Source: an uncultured Bacteriovoracaceae bacterium
Lineage (GTDB): Bacteria; Bdellovibrionota; Bacteriovoracia; Bacteriovoracales; Bacteriovoracaceae
Assembly: GCA_937930825.1 (NCBI GenBank)
Contig: CALHBL010000147.1
Span: forward strand, 964 to 64,963
Reading direction: 5' to 3'
Length of the DNA: 64,000 bases
Shown: piece after piece, positions 1 through 10,137 of the stretch
How positions within the stretch are numbered: position 1 is the first letter of the stretch
Layout: every line of letters begins with the position of its first letter
Position numbers and translations under genes: made by a program
The notes under the pieces: generated by a model
Seen by the model: only the letters and a program-made list of their open reading frames with translations
Database searches by the model: none
What the model was told of the DNA's origin: nothing

Positions 1-409
1 GCCAAAGCAGCTTACCTTTGGCCGATACGCCATCGCTATTCTTCTTTAACACCTTATAGTAATCATCCAAGAACCCAAGAATGAAGTAACTGAACATGAC
101 AAAGAGCGTAACTACGAGAGGAGTACTTGAAAAATTTCCACAGATTAGAATCGAAGTCAGTATTGAGCCAATAATCACAACACCACCCATAGTTGGTGTT
201 CCGGCCTTCTTGAGATGCGACTGAGGACCATCATCCCTTACAACTTGTCCGAATTGCTTCTTCTTCATAAAGTTAATGAACTTCTTTCCCCACCAAATAG
301 AAATAAAAGCAGCAAGGAGGAAAGCTATGACACTACGAAATGTAATATACCGGAAGAGATTGAAAATCGAAAAGCTCTGACTCAGAGGATAGAGTATATG
401 GTAAAGCAT
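1..409 (-). CDS. mraY: Phospho-N-acetylmuramoyl-pentapeptide transferase MraY, N-terminal part (3' end runs off the window)
   Basis: My translation of the minus strand from ATG at 409-407 gives MLYHILYPLSQSFSIFNLFRYITFRSV...GTPTMGGVVIIG...LGFLDDYYKV, a typical MraY N-terminus. It sits directly downstream of murF in dcw order. Not in the ORF track because it has no stop in the window. Confidence 0.9.
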   Translation of the reverse strand, partial: MLYHILYPLSQSFSIFNLFRYITFRSVIAFLLAAFISIWWGKKFINFMKKKQFGQVVRDDGPQSHLKKAGTPTMGGVVIIGSILTSILICGNFSSTPLVVTLFVMFSYFILGFLDDYYKVLKKNSDGVSAKGKLLW

Positions 410-433
410 TGCTAATATGCCAATTTTAAGGTT

Positions 434-1804
434 TTAACAATTCTTTATATCTAAAATTGACTCGAGTTGTAAAGAACGACTTCCCTTAATAAAAGTTAAA
501 GGGCCATTATTATCTGAAAACCACTTCTTAGCATCACTACTATTAGAAAATAGAGCTGCCTCACCAAATCCTGCTTTATAATACTCAGCATAAGAACCTA
601 CAAAACAAACTCTAACTGCTCCCAAGGTCTTTAGCTCTTTTCCCATCAATCTATGCTGCTTCGGTGCTTCAGCTCCAAGCTCATTCATGTCACCCAGCAT
701 AAAGACACAGTTCTTAATGTCTATCCCACGACTGTGGACAATCGCCATAAAGCTATCAAGAGAAGCCTTCATAGAATCTGGATTAGCATTATAGGCATCA
801 AGGAAAACCTCACCTGAACTCAATTTAATAACTTCTCCTCTATTCATAGCCGGCATCTCAAATGAGTTTGCTCTGGCAACAAGAAAAGAGGCGTTATTGG
901 GAAAGAGATTAAGAGCAAGGCCTAGGCATTGGGCCATATTTATTTTCTGATGACTTCCAAGCAATGCAGAGTTTTCAATATTCAAGACTTTCCCCTTGAA
1001 TTTTAAGGTAAAGCCTTTTGCATTCATTTCAAATACATCATTGTTTATTCTAAAAGAGTTGCTCTTCAAATTATAATTCTTCAATAATGGATCTAGCTGA
1101 TTAAGGAGTATAAACCCTTCTGGTGATTTTTCGACTTCTCTAAATAGAGCTGTTTTCTCATTATAAACCCCCTCTAAGTCTACAAGAAATTCTAAATGAG
1201 CGTGGCCAATATTAGTGATAAGGCCATGAGTTGGCATGGCCGCAGTAGCTAGCACCTCAATCTCACCGGGATGATTTGTTCCCATTTCTATTATCGCAAA
1301 TTTATAGGAGTTATTAAGCCTCAGTAAGGTTAGTGGTACACCTATGTGGTTGTTAAGATTTCCCTTTGTCCATAAGACTTCAGTCGGAGCTATTCCATCG
1401 AGAAGCCAGGCAAGCATCTCTTTATTTGTTGTTTTGCCGTTGGAGCCTGTTAACCCAATTACTCTTCCACCGTTTTTTTGAAAATCGAGACTATTTAATC
1501 TTCCTATCTCTAGTAGAAACTCATAAACATTCTTTACTGCAATAAACTCAGGAAATCTTTCTCCTTTGTTCATAGCTGCTATTTTTTTTTCTCGACCCTC
1601 TTTATGTTCGTAGAAAACAATTTCTATACTTTCACTTAAACTAGGGCCTATCAAATCGAAGGCATCGAAATTTTCGCCATATAGACAGATGAAGGCATTC
1701 TCTTTTGCAATTTTTCTAGAGTCTGTAGAAAAAATCAAGTCGCCCTCAAATGAAAAATCTTGGGTTAAAATATTCTTAGCTTTTTTAACTAATGATGCTT
1801 GCAT
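434..1804 (-). CDS. murF: UDP-N-acetylmuramoyl-tripeptide--D-alanyl-D-alanine ligase
   Basis: Mur ligase P-loop GLTGSNGKTT, size 456 aa, located between murE and mraY. Confidence 0.92.
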   Translation of the reverse strand: MQASLVKKAKNILTQDFSFEGDLIFSTDSRKIAKENAFICLYGENFDAFDLIGPSLSESIEIVFYEHKEGREKKIAAMNKGERFPEFIAVKNVYEFLLEIGRLNSLDFQKNGGRVIGLTGSNGKTTNKEMLAWLLDGIAPTEVLWTKGNLNNHIGVPLTLLRLNNSYKFAIIEMGTNHPGEIEVLATAAMPTHGLITNIGHAHLEFLVDLEGVYNEKTALFREVEKSPEGFILLNQLDPLLKNYNLKSNSFRINNDVFEMNAKGFTLKFKGKVLNIENSALLGSHQKINMAQCLGLALNLFPNNASFLVARANSFEMPAMNRGEVIKLSSGEVFLDAYNANPDSMKASLDSFMAIVHSRGIDIKNCVFMLGDMNELGAEAPKQHRLMGKELKTLGAVRVCFVGSYAEYYKAGFGEAALFSNSSDAKKWFSDNNGPLTFIKGSRSLQLESILDIKNC

Positions 1805-1807
1805 TTA

Positions 1808-3163
1808 TTAAAGCTCCTGAATCACAGCTGCATCGCTAAAGGCGTAGCGAATACCATGAATTTCTTGATAGCTCTCATCGCCCTTACCCGCAATAACGAC
1901 GATATTTTTCTTATCATTAGAACTGCTCTTTGCCATTTCATAAGCCTTCTCAATGGCCTTTTTTCTATCTACTTCATAGAGTGAATCAGTATACTCGCCA
2001 ATGATGTCATCTATAATATCTTGGGGTTGCTCGGTTCTTGGATTATCAGAAGTAACAATAACACTTCCACTCAATTTTCTTGCTGCCAAATACATCAATG
2101 GTCGCTTGGACTTATCTCTATCTCCACCACAGCCAAAGACAGTAATTATATTACTATTTGGAAATAACTTATTTGTTTGGCTCAACACTTTTTCAAGAGC
2201 ATCTGGAGTATGAGCATAGTCTATTACGAACAAGGCCATAGGCTTATCCACTAGCTCAAACCTACCGGGAGGGGAGCTTACTGCAGACAGATTTACTGAT
2301 TCTGTGATCTTCCCTAGCTTTTGCAAACAACTTAATGCCATTTCTATATTTGCTCTAGCAAAGCCTTCACTTAAGGAAGCTGGAATATTACTACACATTG
2401 AATCGAGTCTCTTAGTGCCTTCAACTTCAACTTCTTTTTTAAGTTTACTGATTAAATCTTTTTCTTCTCTACTAACAATTAACTCAGAAGCACTTGAATA
2501 AGAGAAGATTCTTAACTTCGCATTAAAATATGACGTCATGTCAGTATGGAAGTCTAAATGATCCTGACTGAAGTTTGTCCAGCCAACAACGTCGAATCTA
2601 ATCCCATTCAGTCGGCCTTGTTCTAGTGCGTGGGAGCTGACCTCTAATGCAATGATATCTATATCTTTGGCATATTTATGCTGTAGCTTTCTAAGAGTTA
2701 AAAGGCTTGGAGTTGTTGTCAAAATTTTATCTTCTTTTTTTTGACCTGCGATAAATACACCAATTGTTCCCATATAGAGGACACGGATATTTACTAGCTT
2801 CGCAACTTCCATGCAGTACCAACAAGAGCTTGTTTTGCCGTTAGTCCCAGTAATTCCGATAAATTTAGTCTCTAGATCTCCAACGGGGTAAAATTCCTCA
2901 ATCAAGCGACTTTCAGAAAGCTGCATCTCATCCAGTGAAAGTAAGCAATAATTCAAGTTCTTTTTTTCTGGTTTAAAAGGGGAAACTATTAATCCATAAA
3001 AAGATTCTTTAAGGTTTTTATTTATTAAACTGTCCAATTGAGACTTTGTTCTCGCTCGAATATAGAGAATTTCACCATCATCAGCAGCTTGAATAACATT
3101 ACTTATTCCTGTTGGCTCAAAGTCATTACAAATAAATGCATTTGGAAAAGTATTCTTAATCAT
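1808..3163 (-). CDS. murE: UDP-N-acetylmuramoyl-L-alanyl-D-glutamate--2,6-diaminopimelate ligase
   Basis: GITGTNGKTS P-loop and DNPRTE (the DNPR motif of meso-DAP-adding MurE). dcw position. Confidence 0.92.
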   Translation of the reverse strand: MIKNTFPNAFICNDFEPTGISNVIQAADDGEILYIRARTKSQLDSLINKNLKESFYGLIVSPFKPEKKNLNYCLLSLDEMQLSESRLIEEFYPVGDLETKFIGITGTNGKTSSCWYCMEVAKLVNIRVLYMGTIGVFIAGQKKEDKILTTTPSLLTLRKLQHKYAKDIDIIALEVSSHALEQGRLNGIRFDVVGWTNFSQDHLDFHTDMTSYFNAKLRIFSYSSASELIVSREEKDLISKLKKEVEVEGTKRLDSMCSNIPASLSEGFARANIEMALSCLQKLGKITESVNLSAVSSPPGRFELVDKPMALFVIDYAHTPDALEKVLSQTNKLFPNSNIITVFGCGGDRDKSKRPLMYLAARKLSGSVIVTSDNPRTEQPQDIIDDIIGEYTDSLYEVDRKKAIEKAYEMAKSSSNDKKNIVVIAGKGDESYQEIHGIRYAFSDAAVIQEL

Positions 3164-5066
3164 ATGTCGGTGCTTTATAGTCTAGAGTAATAATTTTGTA
3201 GTTTTTAACAGATGCTCCTTCAACTATAGATTGCCTACTAACAACACCAATTCCCCTATGTTTTACCTTAAGCCCTATTCTTTCACAAAGTTTAGTACTT
3301 GAACGTTTATCCAAACCTATAAAGTCAGGGACCGTAGTAGAAGACGTAAAGCGTGTCGAAGAGTGCTTAACTTTTACAATATCTATTTTTTCAGAGGTAG
3401 CCCCTTTACTATGTGAAAGGTTATCAAAATCTTTATTTTTATAGAGTAGGTATTTAGTTATTTTCTTAAACACTGGACCAGCAACTATATTTCCGTAGTA
3501 GTGCCGCCCTTTTGGATTCTCTAAGTAAGCATATACAACAAAGGGACTTTTTACCTTAGTAGGAAAACCGATAAAGCCTCCAACGTAACCTCGATAGCCT
3601 CCTTCAGGAGCAACTCTTTGCGCAGTACTTGTCTTACCTGCTATCCGAAACATTTCCACTCTAGCATTCGATCCTGTACCATTTTCAACTGCGCCTACAA
3701 GAATATCCTCAACAGCAAGTGCAAGCTTTTCTGAGATCAAAGGTATTGGTTTTTCTGAATCATTTCCACCTTTAATAAGAGTAGGTTTGATATAGAGACC
3801 TTTATTAGCAATCACAGAGTACGCGGCAAGCATCTGGACACCAGTAGTTGCTACGCCTTGACCAAAGCTAATATTCGACAAACTTAAAGGTGCTACATTT
3901 TCCTTATCTGTAAAGATACCTCTAGATTCTCCCGGAACTTCTATCCCTGTTTTTTCTCCAAAGCCAAATTTTAAAATTGTTTTCTTCAATTTCGGAAAGG
4001 TTAGATCGAAGGCAAGTTTAGTCGTTCCAATATTAGAGCTATAGCGAAGTATTTCTTCAACACTCAACCATTCAAATTTCTTCTTGGATTCTGCCTCAGA
4101 GATGATGTGCCCATCAACCTTAAGCCTACCCCTTTCGCAGTAATAGCTTGTTCCTGAATTGGCAATTTTATTTTCAAATCCAGATACAACTGTAAAGGTC
4201 TTAAAAGTCGACCCTGGCTCAAAGGGGTCTGTCGCAAAAGAGAGTTTCTTAGTTTTCTGAATACTGTTTCTAGGTCTATTAGGATCGAAAGTAGGGTAGT
4301 TTCCAATTGCAAGAATTTCACCAGAACGGGCATCCATAACACCAAAGCCTCCACTATCGGCTTCATGCTCTAAGATACTTTCTTTTAAAAATCTTTCTGC
4401 AGCAGCTTGTAAATCCTTATCTATTGAAAGGGTAATATCTCTTGCCTCTGAACCTACGTCTTGTGATTCAAACTTTATAGGTCTCCCTTTAGCATCTTTT
4501 ACATACTTAACAACTTTTGGCTTACCCTTTAGTTCATCGTTAAAAAGATATTCTATCCCCGCTAATCCTGCGTTATCAATGCCAACAAAACCTAAAACCT
4601 GTGATGCAATTTCATGATTAGGATAAAGACGCTTTGGAACAGAATCAATATAGATTCCAGTTATGGCCTTTACTTTACTGACTTGTTCTTTAGTTAATTG
4701 AATTTTGCGCGCAAGCCAAGTATATCTTTGGCGCCCCTTTGTCCTCTTTTGAAGTACATTCTGAGTCAAACTAGGTACTGCTTTTGAAAGACTCTTAAAG
4801 GCCCTTCTCTTATTCTTTAAATTCTTAGGGATCGTAAAAATTGAATAGGTCTGAATATTTAGTGCAAGAGGTTGCCCATTGCGATCATAGATGCTGCCTC
4901 TTTTTGGATATACAGTGATTTCCCTAAAAATTTGACTCTTAGATCGAGCTATTAAATCTGAACGATCAATTAATTGTACTTTTAAAGCTTTTCCAATAAT
5001 TAAAGCAAAGGCGCTCAAAAAGCACAAAAATAAAAAGAGGAGCTTATGTTTAAGGTTTTTATCCAT
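3156..5066 (-). CDS. ftsI: Class B penicillin-binding protein / FtsI transpeptidase with a C-terminal PASTA-like domain
   Basis: N-terminal TM. Motifs STFK (GSTFKTF), SSN (YSSNIG) and KTS-T (AGKTSTA, where KTGT is expected). C-terminal VPDFIGLDKRSSTKLCERIGLKV...SRQSIVEG resembles PASTA. Lies between ftsL and murE. Confidence 0.88.
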   Translation of the reverse strand: MDKNLKHKLLFLFLCFLSAFALIIGKALKVQLIDRSDLIARSKSQIFREITVYPKRGSIYDRNGQPLALNIQTYSIFTIPKNLKNKRRAFKSLSKAVPSLTQNVLQKRTKGRQRYTWLARKIQLTKEQVSKVKAITGIYIDSVPKRLYPNHEIASQVLGFVGIDNAGLAGIEYLFNDELKGKPKVVKYVKDAKGRPIKFESQDVGSEARDITLSIDKDLQAAAERFLKESILEHEADSGGFGVMDARSGEILAIGNYPTFDPNRPRNSIQKTKKLSFATDPFEPGSTFKTFTVVSGFENKIANSGTSYYCERGRLKVDGHIISEAESKKKFEWLSVEEILRYSSNIGTTKLAFDLTFPKLKKTILKFGFGEKTGIEVPGESRGIFTDKENVAPLSLSNISFGQGVATTGVQMLAAYSVIANKGLYIKPTLIKGGNDSEKPIPLISEKLALAVEDILVGAVENGTGSNARVEMFRIAGKTSTAQRVAPEGGYRGYVGGFIGFPTKVKSPFVVYAYLENPKGRHYYGNIVAGPVFKKITKYLLYKNKDFDNLSHSKGATSEKIDIVKVKHSSTRFTSSTTVPDFIGLDKRSSTKLCERIGLKVKHRGIGVVSRQSIVEGASVKNYKIITLDYKAPTYD

Positions 5067-5383
5067 TATTTTGGTAATACAATTATTTGGTTCTGCTTTG
5101 GTTGTTTTAAATCATACTTATTCGCCATTTTCCTAAGCCTTTTAACTGACAGGAGGCGTGCTTTTTTAGCTTTTAATTCTTTATTATCTAAAGTGACTCT
5201 CTGAATATCTTTATTCACAGATGTTATTTTATAATCTAGTTCTACTCCTTTCATCCTAAATAAAACGAACAGTAGCCCTAAAACAAAGAAAGTAAGAACA
5301 AAGGGAAAAACTTGATTTGAAAAAATGAAAGTCTTTAGGCCTTTAAAAGGTGTCATTTTTTTTACTCTTCTAGTAGTTGCCAT
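5066..5383 (-). CDS. ftsL: Cell division protein FtsL-like (single TM plus coiled coil)
   Basis: 105 aa, one TM (FPFVLTFFVLGLLFVLF) followed by a charged helix. Sits between rsmH and ftsI and overlaps the ftsI start by 1 nt. Confidence 0.7.
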   Translation of the reverse strand: MATTRRVKKMTPFKGLKTFIFSNQVFPFVLTFFVLGLLFVLFRMKGVELDYKITSVNKDIQRVTLDNKELKAKKARLLSVKRLRKMANKYDLKQPKQNQIIVLPK

Positions 5384-5400
5384 TTAATATCTCCTCAGTC

Positions 5401-6351
5401 CTAGCGATATTTATTCTTACGGGGCCATTCCTCTAACCTCTTAACTACTCTAAGTTTAGCACTTCTTGATCGAGAATTTTCAAAAATTTCTTCTTTACTT
5501 GGTAACAAGGGCTTTTTAGTTAATATCTCAATCGGTATATCACCACTTAATAAATCCCTAAATCGATGCTTAACGATACGGTCTTCAAGAGAGTGAAAAG
5601 ATATAATCGCAAAAATACCACCTACTTTGAGTCTTGGGATTACCTGACCAATCACATTGGTTAAGACATCTAATTCTCTATTCACATGTATCCGCAAAGC
5701 TTGGAAAGATTTTGTTGCAGGGTGTATTTTTCCATGACGAAGCTTCTTCGGATAACTGTGAAAGCAAATGTCTTCAAGCTCTTTTGTTTTAGTTATTGGA
5801 GATACTTCCCTTCTCTCCAAAATGCTCCTTACAATATTATTAGAGAATTTTTCTTCACCATACTCTCTAAATATTTTCAAGAGTTCAGCTTCGCTTAATG
5901 TATTTATATAATGCGAGGCTGGCTTAATAGATTCGTCATTATTCATCCTCATATCTAAATGAGCATCAAAGCGAAAAGAGAAACCTCTCCCTCCACTATC
6001 GAATTGATGAGAACTGACACCTGCATCAAGAAGAACACCATTAAAGAGAAGCCCTTCGTCTATCACTGTAGAAAAATTTTCGAAGTTACTATGATGGATT
6101 TTTGCCCTACTTGAGTAAGAGCCAGCTTCAAGTCGCTCAATTCCATTTGCTAATGCTTCTTTATCCTGATCAAAAGCATGGAGGAACGCCTTAGGAAAAT
6201 TTTCTAGAATAGCACAAGAGTGACCACCGGCTCCAAAAGTTAAATCACCATAAACCTCTTGCGAATCCTCTACAATCTTATGAAGATCGAAAAGTTCCAT
6301 TATTTCTTTTTTTAAAACACTATAATGTTCACCATACTTTGCTTCATTCAT
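5401..6351 (-). CDS. rsmH: 16S rRNA (cytosine1402-N4)-methyltransferase
   Basis: YGDLTFGAGGHS, DLLDAGVSSHQFD-type and FHSLEDR motifs typical of RsmH/MraW. First gene of the dcw block. Confidence 0.92.
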   Translation of the reverse strand: MNEAKYGEHYSVLKKEIMELFDLHKIVEDSQEVYGDLTFGAGGHSCAILENFPKAFLHAFDQDKEALANGIERLEAGSYSSRAKIHHSNFENFSTVIDEGLLFNGVLLDAGVSSHQFDSGGRGFSFRFDAHLDMRMNNDESIKPASHYINTLSEAELLKIFREYGEEKFSNNIVRSILERREVSPITKTKELEDICFHSYPKKLRHGKIHPATKSFQALRIHVNRELDVLTNVIGQVIPRLKVGGIFAIISFHSLEDRIVKHRFRDLLSGDIPIEILTKKPLLPSKEEIFENSRSRSAKLRVVKRLEEWPRKNKYR

Positions 6352-6352
6352 A

Positions 6353-7204
6353 CTAAGCTAGGAGTGTAGACATTATTTCTTTCTGGGAGGGAGTCCACTT
6401 TTCCTCTGGAGTCATAACTCCAATTCTATTTTCTTTTTCAACATCGAACTTATCACTGTTGAGATTCGCTAGAGCAATTTTAATTACTCCTTGAGCATTT
6501 TTATTATTCTCTGCCATTACTTTTAAAATTTCATCTATAGTACAGTGCTCATCCTTCCAAGCATCAAAGTCAGTAACCATGGCAATAGTGGCATAGGCCA
6601 TACCAGCTTCTTTTGCTAAAAAAGCTTCTGGAACATTAGTCATCCCAATAACAGAAGCGCCCATTCCTTTATATAAGTTAGACTCAGCACGAGTCGAGAA
6701 CTGTGGTCCTTCAATGCAAATATATATTCCGTTTTCACTATATTTAACAGATGCTTCCTTACAGGAATGAGTAAGTATTGACTGAAGTTTTTTATTAATT
6801 GGATTAGCGTTACTAACATGGGCAACTATACCATCACCAAAGAAGCTTCTTTCTCGACGGCCTTTAGTCCAGTCAATAAACTGATCGACTAGTACAAATG
6901 TTGTAGGAGGGAGCTCTTCCTTCAAACTTCCCACGGCCGATACTGAAATAACATATTCTACACCAAGTAACTTCAGAGCAAATATATTTGCTCTGTAGTT
7001 AACCTCACTAGGAAGAAGGTCATGAGCTTTTCCATGTCTTGGAATAAAGAAAAAATTCACACCATTTAGTCTGGCTTCTACAACAGGGGAGCTAGGTTGT
7101 CCAAAAGGTGTATCAATTGAATGCTCTTTAACTAATTCAATTCCATCGATATTATAAACACCGCTTCCACCAATTATTCCTATTGCTTTATTTTGAACAG
7201 TCAT
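6353..7204 (-). CDS. mtnP: S-methyl-5'-thioadenosine phosphorylase (MTAP family purine nucleoside phosphorylase)
   Basis: GIIGGSG N-terminus, FIPRHGKAHDLLPSEVNYRANIFALKLLGVEYVISVSAVGSL and GMT-NVPEA motifs typical of MTAP. Confidence 0.85.
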   Translation of the reverse strand: MTVQNKAIGIIGGSGVYNIDGIELVKEHSIDTPFGQPSSPVVEARLNGVNFFFIPRHGKAHDLLPSEVNYRANIFALKLLGVEYVISVSAVGSLKEELPPTTFVLVDQFIDWTKGRRERSFFGDGIVAHVSNANPINKKLQSILTHSCKEASVKYSENGIYICIEGPQFSTRAESNLYKGMGASVIGMTNVPEAFLAKEAGMAYATIAMVTDFDAWKDEHCTIDEILKVMAENNKNAQGVIKIALANLNSDKFDVEKENRIGVMTPEEKWTPSQKEIMSTLLA

Positions 7205-7294
7205 GCTTTATCCCGTATAATTAAGTCTGATTATAAATAATTTACGTCTAAGACTATATCTTTGGAAGGCCACTTGAGCAAGAAAACCCACTTA

Positions 7295-8464
7295 ATGGAT
7301 TTCATTAAAAGGAAGAAGAAAAGAGCTGAAGTTCTCTCAACTGCGACTAGGTTATCGGCCAATGATATTAGCGCTAAACTTAGAAACTCTTTTACAAGCC
7401 CAGGTTTAAAATCATCCCTACACTTAAGCAGAAGCATTCTAAGTTCAGCGACGTGGATCTCAAAATCAAGCGCTAGGCTTCTCAAGCCTATAGAACCTAG
7501 CTTTATTGAAAAGAAAGTATTTCTAAATAAGGAATCTACTCAGTATATCTTAAAACGAGTTCGAGAAAAAAAGTCAATCAGCTATAAGAAAGCGGCTTAT
7601 GCTGATATCTTTGAAGCTGTTTTCTATGATTTTGAGGTTTCTCACCTTGAGAAAGATTATCAAAGCATCTCCCGTGTACCTGAAATCAAAAGCTCAGTTC
7701 TACTAATATCAGGAGTACTTAATGAGATTTTCTCTACTCCGGCATTTGAAAGAGGTGCAAGGTATATAAGAGACACTTACGGTATCAATTTTGATTTCTG
7801 TCCTACATCAGGAACTAAATCAACTCACCAAAACTCAGAGCTAATTAAAGAACACCTTAAAGGCTTACTCGAAGATGAAGATAGTGAGCAAAAAGTTTGG
7901 GCCTTCGCTTTTTCTAAAGGCGGAATCGATTTCCTCCATTTTCTAAAAGAATATGGTCATGAGTTTGAAACTAAAATAGCTGGTCTCTCTACTGTTGCAA
8001 CACCACTCCTTGGAAGTGAGAGAGTCAATCATAAGCTACTAAAGTTAATCAATCATATTCATCATTTGAGAAATAATCCTTTCTATAAATTATTAGATAA
8101 GCATTTCGATCTTCTTTTAAAAGACTTTCAAAAAAGTCTTAGTAGTGAGTTTCAAGAACATTGGTTCAGTGAAAACTATTCCTTTCTGCCAAAGAATATG
8201 TTCTATACTGCTCTTGCTCTAGAGTCTAAATGGATTGATAGCCATATTTGGATGATTTTAACAAAACTTTTTTTTCAATCTAAGTCATTAAATGATGGGA
8301 TAGTCGATGTAGAAAAAGCCCTTTACCCTGATTATTTCCAAGGTTTAAATTTAGGTATCATGGAAGGCCATCATCTTGTAGGAACAAGAAGTTCAGACTA
8401 CATTCAGGAAGCATTAATAGAAGCTCATATCGTAACCTTAAATTACCTAGGCTTACTCAACTAA
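7295..8464 (+). CDS. Hypothetical protein, possibly an alpha/beta-hydrolase (lipase/esterase-like)
   Basis: Long ORF. ATG at 7295 is preferred over the TTG at 7262. AFAFSKGG resembles a nucleophile-elbow variant. No firm family recognised. Confidence 0.4.
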   Translation: MDFIKRKKKRAEVLSTATRLSANDISAKLRNSFTSPGLKSSLHLSRSILSSATWISKSSARLLKPIEPSFIEKKVFLNKESTQYILKRVREKKSISYKKAAYADIFEAVFYDFEVSHLEKDYQSISRVPEIKSSVLLISGVLNEIFSTPAFERGARYIRDTYGINFDFCPTSGTKSTHQNSELIKEHLKGLLEDEDSEQKVWAFAFSKGGIDFLHFLKEYGHEFETKIAGLSTVATPLLGSERVNHKLLKLINHIHHLRNNPFYKLLDKHFDLLLKDFQKSLSSEFQEHWFSENYSFLPKNMFYTALALESKWIDSHIWMILTKLFFQSKSLNDGIVDVEKALYPDYFQGLNLGIMEGHHLVGTRSSDYIQEALIEAHIVTLNYLGLLN

Positions 8465-9046
8465 GCCGCCCTTAAGATTCATTAAGACCAGCTTAGATAC
8501 TTCTTTCAAAGTTTCAAAAACTCCTTCACCATCAACTGCATTTGCACAAAAACTGGGAGCGCCCCACTTATTGAGTCTCCGTTCTAAATCTTCAGGAGCA
8601 GATACATTGGGTAAATCTCTTTTATTCCATTGAAAGACAAGGGGGATTTTAGAGATATCATAGCCCTGGTCTGCAAGGTTTTTCTCTAAGCCTTGCAAGC
8701 TTTCAATATTAGCTTCCATTTTTTCTAATTGTGAATCAGCAACAAAGACTAAACCATCAACTGCCCTTAATACTAGTTTACGACTGGCTTCATAGAAAAC
8801 TTGTCCCGGAACTGTGTAGAGGTGGAAACGAGTTTTATATCCTCTAATCTCTCCAAGCTCCAAAGGTAGAAAGTCAAAGAACAAAGTCCTTTCATTTTCA
8901 GTATTAAGCTTAATCATATTACCTTTAGCTTCTCCTGCTGTTTTCTTATAAACATGCTGTATATTTGTGGTCTTACCACCAAGGCCAGGACCATAATAGA
9001 CAATTTTACAATTAACTTCTTTTTTATTGTGATTAACAAAAGACAT
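8453..9046 (-). CDS. mglA: Ras-like GTPase MglA (motility/polarity regulator)
   Basis: MSFVNHNKKEVNCKIVYYGPGLGGKTTN...LYTVPGQVFY...QWNKRD is close to the canonical MglA sequence pattern. Confidence 0.92.
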   Translation of the reverse strand: MSFVNHNKKEVNCKIVYYGPGLGGKTTNIQHVYKKTAGEAKGNMIKLNTENERTLFFDFLPLELGEIRGYKTRFHLYTVPGQVFYEASRKLVLRAVDGLVFVADSQLEKMEANIESLQGLEKNLADQGYDISKIPLVFQWNKRDLPNVSAPEDLERRLNKWGAPSFCANAVDGEGVFETLKEVSKLVLMNLKGGLVE

Positions 9047-9049
9047 CTA

Positions 9050-9532
9050 CTAAACCCCAGCAAAAGAAAATAGTTTATCCATTTCCTCGTCAGTTACATT
9101 ATTAAAGAGCTCAACACTCTCATTTCCCGCATTTCCTGAAAGATAAACCACTTCATCCATATGGTCTCTTAATTTTTGTGAAAGAACTTTTATTTTTCCG
9201 GGATTAATAACTCCTTCAAATATAAAAGCCCAAAAAACTTTTGGATTATTATGACCAGGAGACAAGAGATAATATCCAGAGCTTGAGCTTTGAAAGCTCA
9301 GCTTTAAATCTTCATCATCTTTATTCTCTATTAAGTCAGTTAAAGTATCGGAAGCTTGCCATAAGCCTACTAATAGAGCTCCCATTGACTGCATCTTATT
9401 ATGACTTAGCTTCTTACCTAAGTGCCCTAAAACTTGGCCTTCTACAGAAAGCGCTAAGATACTAATACTTTCGAGTAGATCTATATGACTAAAACTTTTA
9501 ATTTTCTCAATCAATTTCTTTTCTACACTCAT
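9050..9532 (-). CDS. mglB: Roadblock/LC7-domain protein, MglB-like GAP
   Basis: 160 aa, Roadblock-like profile, immediately upstream of mglA as in mglBA operons. Confidence 0.7.
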   Translation of the reverse strand: MSVEKKLIEKIKSFSHIDLLESISILALSVEGQVLGHLGKKLSHNKMQSMGALLVGLWQASDTLTDLIENKDDEDLKLSFQSSSSGYYLLSPGHNNPKVFWAFIFEGVINPGKIKVLSQKLRDHMDEVVYLSGNAGNESVELFNNVTDEEMDKLFSFAGV

Positions 9533-10128
9533 TTGTTCAATCTCTTTTTATTTTCTAAAGCTTTAGAAATAGTCATTGAGTCTAAATATTCCAAATTCCC
9601 TCCCATCGGTATACCAAAGCCGATCCTTTCTACTTCCACACTCTCTGGCACTTCCTGATGTATATACGAGCAAGTTGCATCCCCTTCAACTGACGGATTA
9701 ACGGCAAGAATGAGTTCATTGATACCTTTTCTTTTAACCCTCTCAACAAATTGAGGAATTTTCAATTCATCTGGTCCAATCCCCAATAGAGGATTTAGAA
9801 CTCCACCTAAGATATGATATGTCCCCTTAAATGTTTCACTTCTCTCTATTGCGATAAAGTCAGTAACAGACTCTACGACACATACTATTCCAGTATTATT
9901 TCTCCCTTCTTCTTTACACACCTGACACAAGTTCTCATCACAGTAGAACCCACACTGAGTACAGCTCTTTAGGCCAGACAATTGAGATAAACTCTTTCCC
10001 AATACATCTAACTCTTCAGGGTTCCACCTACAAATCGTAAGGATTTGACGTAGAGCTGTCTTCTCACCAACACCTGGGATTTTTGTAAGCTGCGAAACAG
10101 CTAATTTTAACGAGTCAGGTAATTCCAT
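9529..10128 (-). CDS. recR: Recombination protein RecR
   Basis: HhH N-terminus (LTKIPGVGEKTA), C4 zinc finger (CTQCGFYCDENLCQVC) and a Toprim region. Synteny with ybaB/dnaX. Confidence 0.93.
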   Translation of the reverse strand: MELPDSLKLAVSQLTKIPGVGEKTALRQILTICRWNPEELDVLGKSLSQLSGLKSCTQCGFYCDENLCQVCKEEGRNNTGIVCVVESVTDFIAIERSETFKGTYHILGGVLNPLLGIGPDELKIPQFVERVKRKGINELILAVNPSVEGDATCSYIHQEVPESVEVERIGFGIPMGGNLEYLDSMTISKALENKKRLNK

Positions 10129-10137
10129 ACTTTCTAC

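Noticed and set aside
4064-4366. 100-aa ORF in another frame inside ftsI, plus similar nested ORFs (1799-1984, 2001-2213, 2304-2501, 5686-5898, 6640-6825, 10760-11104, 11728-12009 and others)
   Set aside because: All are embedded in, or antisense to, confidently identified conserved genes. They are typical shadow ORFs.
7231-7485. 84-aa minus-strand ORF overlapping the start of 7295-8464
   Set aside because: It is short, has no recognisable features, and overlaps a much longer ORF on the other strand in a divergent promoter region.
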